Source of the DNA: Candidatus Bathyarchaeota archaeon
Lineage (GTDB): Archaea > Thermoproteota > Bathyarchaeia > Bathyarchaeales > Bathycorpusculaceae
DNA length: 64,000 nt
Reading direction: 5' to 3'
NCBI GenBank assembly: GCA_963767735.1
Contig: CAVYES010000008.1
Coordinates: 203,605 to 267,604 of the forward strand
A program made the position numbers and the translations under genes. Shown piece after piece: positions 43,314-53,925 of this stretch. The number at the start of each line of letters is the position of its first letter. Within the stretch, counting starts at the first letter, position 1. Below the pieces are notes generated by a model. It was not told where the DNA came from. It saw nothing but the letters and a program-made list of their open reading frames with translations, and did no database searches.

Positions 43314-43648
43314 GTAAAGATGTTAGAGACGTTGGAAGCCATGAATGTCAGGAGCGTTTCGCGGCAGAGCGGTATGCCGTCTGATGGATCCGATTGTGTG
43401 TCTAGTACAGAGTTGTCGTGCAGTATAATGCTCTTTTTTGTTTCAAACAGCGGCATGTTATGTCACGTAGACAGACAGAGACAGACCCGGAGGGGGTCTT
43501 ATAGCTTCTCTTTATCTTTATAGCAATATTAAATTTATGATGCCTTAAAATAACAATTTACGAATTTGGTTGGTCGACCGTAAGGCGAGCGTTCTCAAGA
43601 ACAAGGACTCTACTTTGTTGATGGCGCCGGGGAAGGGATTCGAGCCCC
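43314..43648 (-). repeat. ~340-bp element, copy 2, beginning with a tRNA-Ser-like 3' fragment (43622-43648)
   Basis: Reverse complement GGGGCTCGAATCCCTTCCCCGGCGCCA-TCAACAAAGTAG.. matches 4396-4733. Confidence 0.95.
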
Positions 43649-44273
43649 AGTTTACTAGTAAACCGCTAAATTTTGCTTGCTTTCTTTTGGTGGCGGTAGA
43701 CCGTAGGAACTAACAAACATGGAGAAAAACCAAGGTTTGAACTCTTCTCGGTTTGAGATCCAGCGGCCCCACCAATGCTCACGTTAAAAAGTACCATTTT
43801 TTCCCCTCTTTTTATTCGCCTAATTTTAAATCAACCAGACTAACCGTTCATCAATCAGCTTCGTCAGAAATTTTCTACTGTATGGATTGCTTTTTTTGGT
43901 GTGGTCGTTGCGCGGAACCCAACTCGACGCGTAAGAACTCAATTGGTCAAATAGCTTCAAGCAGCGCTTGCTCTAAGTTCCAGCCCAAAGGAGGCAGCCC
44001 CAAATGAGCTTTGTCGCTGATTCGTTTAAGCCTCCTTGTCTTCTCGGATACTATCCCTGCATAAGTAATCCGTCATCAAAAGACTGCGCTAGTAATGGAC
44101 ACTTGCTCTAAGGATTTGTTTTTCTGCAAGTTTGCAAAGCTTGCATATCCTGACGGGACCGATATCTCCTGCAAGACCTACAGTTTTAGTGATCGGAATT
44201 GTACGCATGGCGGCGGATCCTGTTCTAGGCGAGCATGCCTTGAGCATCGACGTTTTGGGGGGCACTGATTATT

Positions 44274-45326
44274 TTGGTTGCTGTATCTGATAACTCAACA
44301 GACAATAGTAGTAACTTAAGTGTAAACAGTTTAGTGCCTTCTTTGCAGGATAGGCGTAATAAGATTAGCAGCCGCGCCTTTTCAGTTGAATCCCGTGTTT
44401 TCCATATTATCGATGCTTCTGAAGTGGAGCTGCGTCCTGCCGAGATTGCTCGAATACTCCATAGCGATAAGAAACCCAAGGAAATAACGCCCGGCCAATA
44501 CTCCACTGTCCGGGTTGTCTGCAAGAAACTGCTTGATAAAGGTAAAGTTGTGCAGCCGTACCAGGGGGCTTACTGCAACAAAATCACCCACACCGTGCGG
44601 TTCGTTCCACTTTGCGTGCATAATGTGACTTTGCTTGCGAAAGTCTGTCAAAATCTGAAGCATTGGGAAAATGACGAATTTATCGGGGGTGTCAAAATTC
44701 ATGTCTGTTTTGGGGCGGAGAGAAAGCAGGTCACTGGGTATATCGCTTGCGACGTCGGCGGGATGAGTCATGACGCTTGTCTTTTAGCGCTTAACAGGTG
44801 GTTTGAGATCGTTGAGGGGCGGCTGGGTTATTGTCTGCAGGATTTGGTTTTGCAGACGGTTGAGTTTAACAAGGATTATCATGGCAGGCGCATTGACGGC
44901 TTTCAATGTGTGACTAAGAAGGATCTGTATGGGATTATTGATCGGACCTATCAGAAGGAAGAGGATGTAATCCGCCGAGAACGTAAGGTTACCCAGCCGA
45001 TGAGCATTAACAAGTTTGAAGCGGAGATCCATAAGGGCATTGAGGAGATCGGACTTAGCCAGGAACGCTATGAGCTGCAGCAGGAGGTTCGGCGGAATAG
45101 TGAGGCGATTAAGTTTACTAATAGCCGTATTTTGGAGGTTGAGAAGTTGACGGGGGCGATTTATCAGCATATGGTCAAGCTGCCGGTGCTGGATAGCGGC
45201 GTAGCTGAAAAGTTGGCCGTAGGTATTGAGCGGCTTAATGAGGCTTTGACTCGACTGAGCGATGCCGACGCGGATCCTAAGCGGTTGGATGAGAAGCAAA
45301 GTAAACTCGGGGAGTATGTAAGATGA
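44274..45326 (+). CDS. Provirus protein with N-terminal wHTH and C-terminal coiled coil, possible replication initiator
   Basis: LRPAEIARIL..YSTVRVVCKKLLDKGKV wHTH; function not recognised with certainty. Confidence 0.45.
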   Translation: MVAVSDNSTDNSSNLSVNSLVPSLQDRRNKISSRAFSVESRVFHIIDASEVELRPAEIARILHSDKKPKEITPGQYSTVRVVCKKLLDKGKVVQPYQGAYCNKITHTVRFVPLCVHNVTLLAKVCQNLKHWENDEFIGGVKIHVCFGAERKQVTGYIACDVGGMSHDACLLALNRWFEIVEGRLGYCLQDLVLQTVEFNKDYHGRRIDGFQCVTKKDLYGIIDRTYQKEEDVIRRERKVTQPMSINKFEAEIHKGIEEIGLSQERYELQQEVRRNSEAIKFTNSRILEVEKLTGAIYQHMVKLPVLDSGVAEKLAVGIERLNEALTRLSDADADPKRLDEKQSKLGEYVR

Positions 45327-45652
45327 GTTTGCAGATGACGGTTGATTGTCCTTGTCGCCATTGCCCCTGGAAGATGCGGAGCGAATGTGATCATTACAGA
45401 AATGTTTGTTTGGAGATCCGTAGTTGCGCCCGCTGCGAGCAGGGACTTGAGCGATGCATCAAGGAGGGTTCTTGTTGAATCGCAATTTTTGCGCCTTTTT
45501 GGATGTAAACCCTTGTTTGAAGTTTGCGAGGCGTGTCTTTAGGAGCTTTTTTGCATGGTCTTTTTCCATGCTTTCGTCTTTGCCATTTCTTAGTGTGTCT
45601 GATCAGGCTAAGACACCATTATTTTCCATGATGTTTCAAGGAGTGACTATCC

Positions 45653-46208
45653 ATGATTGAACAAGACGAGCAAATATCTGGCGAAAACTCTGTTCAAATA
45701 GAGGAAAATAGCGTTGGAAAAGTCCGTAAAAAGGATCCGCGGAGCATTGAAAACAAGCTGGGGCGCCAGAAGTGGCATGAAATTAAGACTGATAAGATTT
45801 ATGCTCAGAATAAGCAGATTCTTGATGAGCTGCGTTGGATCCGTCACCGCTTGAAGGCGCTGGGTGAGAGTGATATCGATATGCCGATGCTTGAGCGGTA
45901 CGCTTTCCGCGATCAGGTTGATAGCGAGATTTTTCAGCGAATAATGACTGCTGGGGATTCAGGTGTTTTCCCGAAAGATGTAGCTGTCGACGCAGCCTTG
46001 GCGAAGTATCATTTGAGGTATTATGACTGTAAGCCGCCGCGTTGTGAGGATGAATAAGCGTCTGCATTTTGAGGTTGGCGAGGTTTTGTTTGAGAAGCGG
46101 GGTCATAGGTGGGCAGTTACTAAGTTTGGTTTTGAGGTTTGGGGTAAGAGTAAAAAAGAATTTGACGAGGAAGTAAAAGAGGAAGGACCAAAATATGGGG
46201 AATCATGA
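45653..46208 (+). CDS. Provirus HTH-like protein (frameshifted)
   Basis: DSEIFQRI..GVFPKDVA, then VSRRVVRMNKRL..LFEKRGHRWAVT wing in the next frame. Confidence 0.45.
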
Positions 46209-46270
46209 GAAGAAACGTGCTAAGAAGCGTCAGCAAAAGCAACGTGAGTTATTGAAGAATTTAGGGTTAT

Positions 46271-46861
46271 TTGGTGACAAAAATGAGTGAAAAAAAGACA
46301 AGTTTGAAAGTTCCTCTTCTTGATGATTTGAAGCTTGAGGATCTTCGGCTTTTGAAGCATCATGAAGGGAATCCTAATCGGATGACTGTTAAGCAAAAAG
46401 AGCAGTTGTGGCATAGTTTGCAGCGTTATGGTTGGCTGGTTCCAATTATTACTGATGCCGACGGTATTGTTGCGGATGGTGAGCAGCGCGTTGACGTTTG
46501 CATTGCCCATGGCGAGTTTTTTGGTCCTGTTTTGCGTAGGCCTCTTACTGAAGCTGAAAGATTAATTGTTGGCCAAGAACTAAACAAGCTGCGAGGTAAG
46601 CATAATCGCGAGGCAGACCGCGCAGAGTACATAAAAATAGATGGTTTGGGTGAGCGATCTGATTTGGAATCGTTGCTTTCTGCTGTGGGCGAAGACCTTT
46701 CTAAAATATTGAGTAGTAGCGTAGAGCGTGGCGGCAGTAATATGATTCCTGAGACCTGCGAAATAATTATTCGCGGTTTCAAGGGTAAAAAGTTCGATGA
46801 GCAGGCTCAAAAGGCTGCTTGGGAAAAGTTACGGCTGAGGGTTATGACGCGGGGTTGCTGA
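46271..46861 (+). CDS. ParB/Srx N-terminal domain protein
   Basis: LKHHEGNPNRM..LWHSLQRYGWLVPII..IVADGEQRV..LNKLRG. Confidence 0.8.
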   Translation: MVTKMSEKKTSLKVPLLDDLKLEDLRLLKHHEGNPNRMTVKQKEQLWHSLQRYGWLVPIITDADGIVADGEQRVDVCIAHGEFFGPVLRRPLTEAERLIVGQELNKLRGKHNREADRAEYIKIDGLGERSDLESLLSAVGEDLSKILSSSVERGGSNMIPETCEIIIRGFKGKKFDEQAQKAAWEKLRLRVMTRGC

Positions 46862-46869
46862 ATCTATAG

Positions 46870-47993
46870 ATGCCGTCTTTTGATTTGGTTTTCAGCTGGC
46901 ATGCTGGCAATACTTACCGAGAGCAAGCAATTACCAGTACATATGATCTTAAAGACGTGAAGCTTGAGAAGCACCTTAAAGGGAACATTCCGATTGAAGG
47001 CCTAAACTGGCAGATAGGCTGTATTGTTGGGTCATCTGGGAGCGGAAAAACAAGTATAGCTCGGCACTGTTGGCCAGAGGCTTATTATGCTGATCTTAAA
47101 GAAAGATACAAAGAGCCTTGTTTTCTAAATGATTTCCCAGCTGAACTTACTATAAGTGAGCTTGGCGCCGCATTATCAAGCAGCTGGCTTTAGTGAGCCT
47201 CCTGCATGGCTGAAAAGCTATAGTGTGTTGAGTCAGGGGCAAAAGATGCGTGTTGATATTGCTCATGCGCTTTGTTTGCCTCAGCAGCTTGTTGTTTTTG
47301 ATGAGTTTACTTCAGTGATTGATCGGAATGTTGCTCAAATTGGCTCTTATGCGATAAGCAGGGCAATTCGTCATCATCCAGGTAAGCAGTTCATAGCTGT
47401 TACATGCCATTTTGATGTTTTGGATTGGCTTGAACCTGACTGGATCTATAATGTTGATACCGGCAGAATTCTTTGATTATACGAATGTAAAAAAAAACGA
47501 TGTCACCCCCAAATTATTCTCTCAGTTCATAAATGCGATTTATCCATGTGGCAGGTCTTTAGGGAGCATCATTATTTGAATACTGAACGCCTTGGCGCCG
47601 GTGTTCGCTGCTACGTTGCCAAGCTGGGAGAGAAGCCCATTGCGTTTATTGCTGTTGCGCACGTGCATATGCTTGTTAATTATTTTAGGGTTAGCTCGAC
47701 TTGTGGTTTTGCCTGATTACCAGGGCATCGGTGTAGGGAAGCGTTTACTGAATTTTATAGCGGAACTCTACACTAGCCAGCTTGACTTGCCCTTCTACAT
47801 TTTAACGACTAACCCGCAGCTTATCCATGGCAGTCTTTCTAATTGGAAGGTTAAGCGTGTAGGTCACATTAGCGGCGGAAGAACTGACAGCCGAATAAAT
47901 CGGGAAATTCGATCCTCAATCAGCAAGAACCGACTAACCGTTACACTACAGTACATTCCCAAAAGTAAATCTGGAGGCGCCACCGATGGCTAG
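46870..47993 (+). CDS. ABC-type ATPase fused to a GNAT acetyltransferase (indels)
   Basis: Walker A GSSGSGKT, signature LSQGQKMR, Walker B VFDEFTS, TCH; then WQVFREHHYL and RLVVLPDYQGIGVG (GNAT motif A). Confidence 0.82.
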
Positions 47994-48105
47994 ATGCAAG
48001 GGTTGTGGCAACAAGCTTTCCCATTCAAACAAGAGTGGGTACTGCCGAAAATGCTGGGGAAAACTCGTGCATACATTCAAGCAACAAACTAAAAAAGTCC
48101 CTTAA
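47986..48105 (+). CDS. 39-aa Zn-finger peptide
   Basis: MARCKGCGNKLSHSNKSGYCRKCW; GGAGG upstream; overlaps the previous stop. Confidence 0.55.
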   Translation: MARCKGCGNKLSHSNKSGYCRKCWGKLVHTFKQQTKKVP

Positions 48106-48339
48106 CGATGCCTTTGAGCTTGCCTACAATAAGCAACAGTAAGACGTAAACATGCCCAAAGCGCCAATGTTGCACGACCCAAACGTCAATTATTGTATAA
48201 GAGAATTATGCTTTTAAACCAAAAATAAAAGTTTGATGAATTGAAATTGCTGCTTAACTTGGGCATTATCTTCTTAATCAAGGCATCAATTTTGAGTTAG
48301 CTCTTTTCTTCAACTTATTTTGCCTATTTCTTTTGTTTA

Positions 48340-49313
48340 TTATTTACTCAAGTTAGCGGTTTTTCGATGCCTTCTATAAATTAACAGAACAATACTTAAG
48401 GCAACAACTACCGCTATAAGTGCAATTATTAGAATTTGTTCGTTAACGGTTATCATGGTCGGAGCTGGTGTGGGGCTTGGTAAAGGTGTCGGTAAAGGAC
48501 TTTGTGACGGCAAAGGCAAAAATGGAGCAGTTTTTATCAAGTAAATATAACCCCATAATCCTTGGAAAGCTCAACTCAGAGTTTGCAATGCCCAGACCTG
48601 CAAGTGCTCCATCTGACGTTTCAATGAGGGAAAATATTTTGAAAGGAAAATTGATGGTGCCATTATAAAAGTTGCAGGACCTGAATATGTAAGATTCTCA
48701 ATCCATTGTGTATCGTTATTTGAATCGGTTTTCACAAGGGTAGGTGGCACAGTGTACGAACAGGATAATCAGCTGCATTTCCTGCTTCAAAGTAAACGAA
48801 CCCGCCATCACTGGTTTGAATATTTGATGAGAAGACGTAATGCGCTAAGTTTACAAACCGTACTTGTATTTTCATACCATTGAATATCTCCTTGTGAATT
48901 CAGTTTTATGAGTGTCGGAGTAGACTGAAAAGTTGTGCCGTATGTGTTCCATTCTCCCGCTATTTCATATCCGCCATCACTGGTTTGAATAAGGGTTGAC
49001 GCTGTGAAACAAATTGATAGTTTTATTCCATTGCATGTTACCTGAAGAATCAAGCTTGTAGAGAGTTGAAGGAACATAAACTCAATTGGTAGGTGTAGCC
49101 GCAATCTAAAAAGGCGTATCCACCATCACTTGTTTGAATCAAGTTAGAAACTGCAGCAGTATTTCCCGACCCATATGATTTTTGCCATTGGGTGGCAGGA
49201 GGTGAAGTGTTGCTTGAGGTTTGGGCTGAAACTAAAGTAGGTTGAAGAATGATTAAGGACATTATGAAAACAACGACAAGAAATGAAGCGAAACTCTTAC
49301 CTAAACTACGCAT
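48340..49313 (-). CDS. Secreted repeat protein (QTSDGGY repeats) with Pro/Thr linker and C-terminal TM anchor; multiple frameshifts
   Basis: Signal peptide, repeated LIQTSDGGY, PSPTPAPT linker, TM plus RRHRK across three ORFs. Confidence 0.65.
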
Positions 49314-49628
49314 AATTCACTAAAGAAACATGGGCGATAAAAGGCTTTCGTAAAAGTTCCTTGACTAAGGTTTGGTCAAACGTTTCTTGACCAGGCAACT
49401 TGAGCGCTGTATCGACCTTTAAGCTAATCCGCGCGGGAAGGTCGATTTATCATTTAATACAGTAGCTATCTAAAATCATAAATCCCAAAAATGGGTAGTT
49501 ACTCTTAAGAAGACAGCCAAGCAAGCGTTAGAGCTTAAATAGTCTTATCGTGAGAGATGTTTTGTACGCTGACTCGTTAGATTAATGGTTGCAGTTCCCT
49601 TATCCAGCTTCACAGGGCCAAAAGGAAA

Positions 49629-49931
49629 GTGGAGTGTACAGCTGCAACTAACAATGAAGGGTGTGTTTCTTGGATGGGTAAACGCAGTAGTCCTGAGTCT
49701 AAACTTCGCAAGCAGGAGCGCCGGCAGGTTAGAAACATTCTGTTAACGTACAGTTTCAAGGATCGGCTGTCATCGGAGACTGTTTACACGCCTGAACATG
49801 AAAAGATTGTTATGGCTCAATTGAAGGATAGGTTTGGTTTTACTCAGCATCTTGCCGAGCACGGCGAGGTTTTAACTTCTCCTCTAGGTGAATCGCCTAC
49901 CACATACGAGCTGTTTGTTGGTGATGCCTAA
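49629..49931 (+). CDS. Hypothetical provirus protein
   Basis: Coupled to the next ORF by a TAATG overlap; likely start ATG ~49673. Confidence 0.5.
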   Translation: MECTAATNNEGCVSWMGKRSSPESKLRKQERRQVRNILLTYSFKDRLSSETVYTPEHEKIVMAQLKDRFGFTQHLAEHGEVLTSPLGESPTTYELFVGDA

Positions 49932-50278
49932 TGGCTTACGACAAAGACCTGTGCAGTGATGCCTGCAAGAATCCTCATTGCCCCTACATAACGCAGATTA
50001 ACCTTAACACTCAGGCGAATGCTGAAACCCGCCAAGTAATTGCTCAAATTAACAAGGCGTTAGAATCGCTGCTTGGCGAGGATCTAACAGGCTTGAATGG
50101 CGGTGTTATCCGGACGCTTTTTGATAAGATTAGTGAGCTCGCGAAATGTCAACAGCGGGAGCGTACTAGTGCAGCTATCCAAAAGAGTTGGGTTAGCAAC
50201 CTTAAAGCCTTCGGCGCTTTAGTCGTTAGTGTTGCATTAACCGCGGTTTTAGAGTATTGGCTTCTGAAGGGGTTCTAA
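49931..50278 (+). CDS. Hypothetical protein with C-terminal TM helix
   Basis: Helical N-terminus and a hydrophobic FGALVVSVALTAVLEYWLL end. Confidence 0.55.
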   Translation: MAYDKDLCSDACKNPHCPYITQINLNTQANAETRQVIAQINKALESLLGEDLTGLNGGVIRTLFDKISELAKCQQRERTSAAIQKSWVSNLKAFGALVVSVALTAVLEYWLLKGF

Positions 50279-50282
50279 AATC

Positions 50283-50912
50283 TTGGCTTCTATTGAGGGC
50301 GAACGCATAGCCAAGCTGGAAGAGGCACTTGGCGCCGCACCAAAAAAAACCGACCAGCCAGTCGGATCTGGGGATAAGGAGCCTGAGGTTCATATGACCC
50401 TTTCGCTTTTTCACCGCAGAAAGACGATGCTTGTAACCGATTGTATGGGGCGGCTTACTCCTGCGGCTATGGTGCATTTGGCTGATCAGTTTAATACTTC
50501 TGTGGATACTTTGCAGCGAGATTGGGAGCGTAAGTCTGTTTGGGAGCCTTTTATCTGGGCGAACTTCGAGGCTAATGATCAGGGCAAGTCGTTGCTTAAG
50601 CAGTTGCAGCTTGCTCGTGAGGTAGCGCTTGAGTTGATGAATAGTCCTCGGCTTGGCGGGAATGCTCGGGTTGGGGCGATCGCGAGGTTTATTGAGGCTA
50701 TTAAGACGGAGATTGAGCTTGAGCAGAGTTTAGGTTTGCTCTCTAAAGTGCAGCCTGGGCCGCTTGTTCAGAATAATTTTAATCAAATTACGGCTAAGTC
50801 CGAGACCAAAATAATGATTGACTTATCCAAGATGTCAGCTGATGATAGAAATGCCCTCTTACGAGCCGAGGAAGCTCTCACCCGAGCAGAGACAGCAGCT
50901 GGCCCGCAGTAG
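50283..50912 (+). CDS. Putative terminase small subunit
   Basis: HTH-like LADQFNTSVDTLQRDW, helical body, DLSKMSADD tail; overlaps the TerL start. Confidence 0.6.
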   Translation: MASIEGERIAKLEEALGAAPKKTDQPVGSGDKEPEVHMTLSLFHRRKTMLVTDCMGRLTPAAMVHLADQFNTSVDTLQRDWERKSVWEPFIWANFEANDQGKSLLKQLQLAREVALELMNSPRLGGNARVGAIARFIEAIKTEIELEQSLGLLSKVQPGPLVQNNFNQITAKSETKIMIDLSKMSADDRNALLRAEEALTRAETAAGPQ

Positions 50913-52376
50913 CCTCCAATATTATGCACGATATCTTGGTTATGCTGATACGGCTTGGTTTCAAGACGAATGGTATAATCTCCTGCAGCCAGCAAATGAC
51001 CCAGCGCATTTTAGCCCTCTGCCCTGGCATACGCGAGCATTAAAGCAGCTGCATATTGAGGCGCCGCGCAAGCACGCGAAAAGTGAATGCATCTCCATAA
51101 ATTATCCTTCCTGGCTTATCGGGAATTATCCTGAAATCAGAATCGGGATCGTCAGCAAAACCGCTCCGCTAGCCGAACAAACAGTTGCAGCCATAAAGAA
51201 CCGGATTGAAAATGATCCAAGATACTTCAGCATTTTCGGAGATCTAAAGCCTAAGAACCCTCAGAAATGGACCGATAGCGAATTTTACGTTAACCGCAAG
51301 ACAATCAGCAAATTTGCCACTTTATATGCATGCGGTCTCGGCGGCTCATTAACGGGTCGCGGCTTTGACGTAATAATCGCCGACGACATTATTGACGAGG
51401 AAAACGTCAACACTCCAAATCAGCTTGAGAAGGCCAGCCGATGGTTCTTCAAGGTCCTGCTAACAACTCTGTTTAGCAATGGCGCAACTTTGGTGATTGG
51501 GACACGGTGGCATTATGCGGATCTTTATAATGATTTGATTCAGCCTCCGGAGAAAGGCGGCAAAGGCTGGCCCTGCAAAATTTACCGTGCCATCCAGAAC
51601 TATGAAGATGTTGAGAAGGGCGCGGCGCCTCGGGTTCTTTGGCCTGAAGTTTGGCCTTATGAGCGGCTGATGAAGAAAAAAGATGAGATCGGCTCAGTTT
51701 ATTTTTTAAGTCTCAATATCAGAATGACCCGACAAGTCATGGCGGGTGATTTGCTTAAGGCTGAGTGGCTGCATCCCTGGAATGAAGCACCGAATAACAA
51801 CTTTGTGCCTTCCTCTAATCTGCCAAAATACGCGGGTGTTGATCCAGCGCTCGGTGAAGGCGACTTATTTGCAGTCGCCACCGCGAGCTTATGATCGGGT
51901 TCTAAACCGAGCGTATCTCTATGATGTTTACGCTAAGCTGTTGCCGTATCCGGCTGCTATGCAGTTGATGCTGCAGCTTCACGGAATCCACAATTACAGC
52001 TAAGATTTACGTGGAGTCAAACGCTTTCCAAAAAGTAATCATGTACATGCCTCAGCTGCAGGGCTTGCCGATTGTGCCGGTAGTGACGTCGAAAGGCAAA
52101 GAGGAACGGTTGATCCCGCTAAGCAGCCATTTTGAATCTAAACGTATAACCCTAAACCCAGCTTGGGTATATACCCAAAGTGAGTTCTTCCAGGAGTGGG
52201 TGCAGTTCCCAAGGAGTGCGCATGATGACGCTTTGGACTCCGTAGAGATTCTGGTTCGCAATCTGCTCGGGGTCACTTCGATGCCTGAAGGAAAAGGCGT
52301 ATCGGTAATCAAGAAAAAACCAGAAACGTTGAGGATGATTAAAATGGAAAAAACTTTCAAAGGCGTTTTCCAATAG
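50818..52376 (+). CDS. terL: Terminase large subunit (indels)
   Basis: Walker A APRKHAKS, Walker B DVIIADD, GTRWH, nuclease GVDPA / ESNAFQ / HDDALDS. Confidence 0.92.
51697..52350 (+). repeat. Direct repeat A of the terL 3' end (~650 bp)
   Basis: Colinear with 53076-53730, with many synonymous differences. Confidence 0.92.
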
Positions 52377-52389
52377 AAGTTCTCACGAA

Positions 52390-52944
52390 TCAAGGATTTG
52401 TAATTGTTATGTTTAGTGGTACTGTTTGCAAACGGCTGGTGGCGATTAAGTTGTTATCAGTTTCATAAAAACCTACAAGTTGGTACACGCCAGTTGACGC
52501 TTGGGGTGTACTGAGGTAAGAGCCTGTATTCCAATTAAAAGTGTCATTAACGCTTTTTTGTGGGTGAAGCGTTACAGCCCCATTGTGGTTTCCTGTGCCA
52601 TCTTCCGTCCAGACCGAATCGTTTTCACTATTCCGAACATCAAAACCGAGATATGCGTTATATAAGTATGAGTTATTGAAAGCGTTATGAGAAAAAACGG
52701 TCAATACCTTATGACAAGTATTGGTTAACGTCACTGTCACGTAGATTTCTGCTCCTTGCTTATACGTTGTTGTTTTTGAATTCAGAGTTAGGGAAACTTG
52801 TAAGCCATCCATGACGCCACTTTGGGCGGTACTGCCAGCGGAACTAAAATAAATATTCTGGACAAAATAAAGTGTCACCAACAAGATTGCAAGTATCACT
52901 GCGAAGGCTACAATGACTGATTTTTTCTTGTACATTGCATCCAC
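52390..52944 (-). CDS. Membrane-anchored Ig-like (BsuPI-like) extracellular protein, cargo gene
   Basis: N-terminal TM; LQVSLTL..YKQGAEIYVTVTLTN..GVYQL beta-sandwich pattern; many N-x-S/T sites. Confidence 0.65.
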   Translation of the reverse strand: MDAMYKKKSVIVAFAVILAILLVTLYFVQNIYFSSAGSTAQSGVMDGLQVSLTLNSKTTTYKQGAEIYVTVTLTNTCHKVLTVFSHNAFNNSYLYNAYLGFDVRNSENDSVWTEDGTGNHNGAVTLHPQKSVNDTFNWNTGSYLSTPQASTGVYQLVGFYETDNNLIATSRLQTVPLNITITNP

Positions 52945-53066
52945 TGACTGAGGTATAACTTCCGCTCTATTAAAATTAATTATCGATAGTTATTGGTTTA
53001 CTTCAAGACTGTAAGCGAAAGGTTTAACGAAAACAAGAAAAAACAGCGAATCGAGGATTATTAAAA

Positions 53067-53718
53067 ATGGTCGATGTTTATTTTCAGTCTCAATATCAGA
53101 ATGACCCGACGTCAATGGCTGGGGATTTGCTTAAGGCTGAGTGGCTGCACCCATGGAATGAAACGGCAAATATCAATTTTGTGCCTTCCTCTAATCTGCC
53201 CAAATACGCGGGTGTGGATCCAGCGCTCGGTGAAGGCGACCTATTTGCTGTTGCCACTGCGACTTATGATCGGGTTCTAAATCGAGCATATCTTTATGAT
53301 GTTTACGCTAAGCTGCTTGCCGTATCCCGCTGCTATGCAGTTGATTCTGCAACTTCACGGAATCCATAACTACAGCAAAATTTACGTTGAGTCAAACGCT
53401 TTCCAGAAAGTTATCATGTACATGCCTCAGCTGCAGGGGTTGCCGATTGTTCCGGTTGTGACGTCGAAAGGCAAAGAGGAACGGTTGATCCCGCTTAGCA
53501 GCCATTTTGAATCTAAACGTATAACCCTAAACCCAGCTTGGGTATATACCCAAAGTGAGTTTTTCCAGGAGTGGGTGCAGTTCCCAAGGAGTGCGCATGA
53601 TGATGCTTTGGATTCTGTTGAGATTCTGGTTCGAAATCTGCTTGGGGTAACATCGATGCCTGAGGGTAAAGGCGTATCGGTAATCAAGAAAAAACCACAA
53701 GAAAATGAGGATGATTAA
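53067..53718 (+). pseudogene. Second, 5'-truncated copy of the TerL nuclease domain (direct repeat B)
   Basis: FQSQYQNDP..GVDPA..ESNAFQ..HDDALDS without the ATPase domain. Confidence 0.85.
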
Positions 53719-53914
53719 TTTGGAAGAAATTTTGGTTTCTGCAAGTGCTAAAGACGAGATTGTTAAAGTTCTCGGCGGCTTGCAGCATGCGTCGACCATG
53801 GGTAATTTACACATTAAAATTAACGGGGTAGAACAATTCAAGAACGTCATTATTGATGAATTAGAAGTTTCTATCACGCTTGTGGACCCTAAGCCTGAAC
53901 CTGAAAAGAAGTAA
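53705..53914 (+). CDS. Small hypothetical protein between terL and portal
   Basis: ORF in operon position. Confidence 0.5.
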   Translation: MRMINLEEILVSASAKDEIVKVLGGLQHASTMGNLHIKINGVEQFKNVIIDELEVSITLVDPKPEPEKK

Positions 53915-53925
53915 TAGGTGTATAG

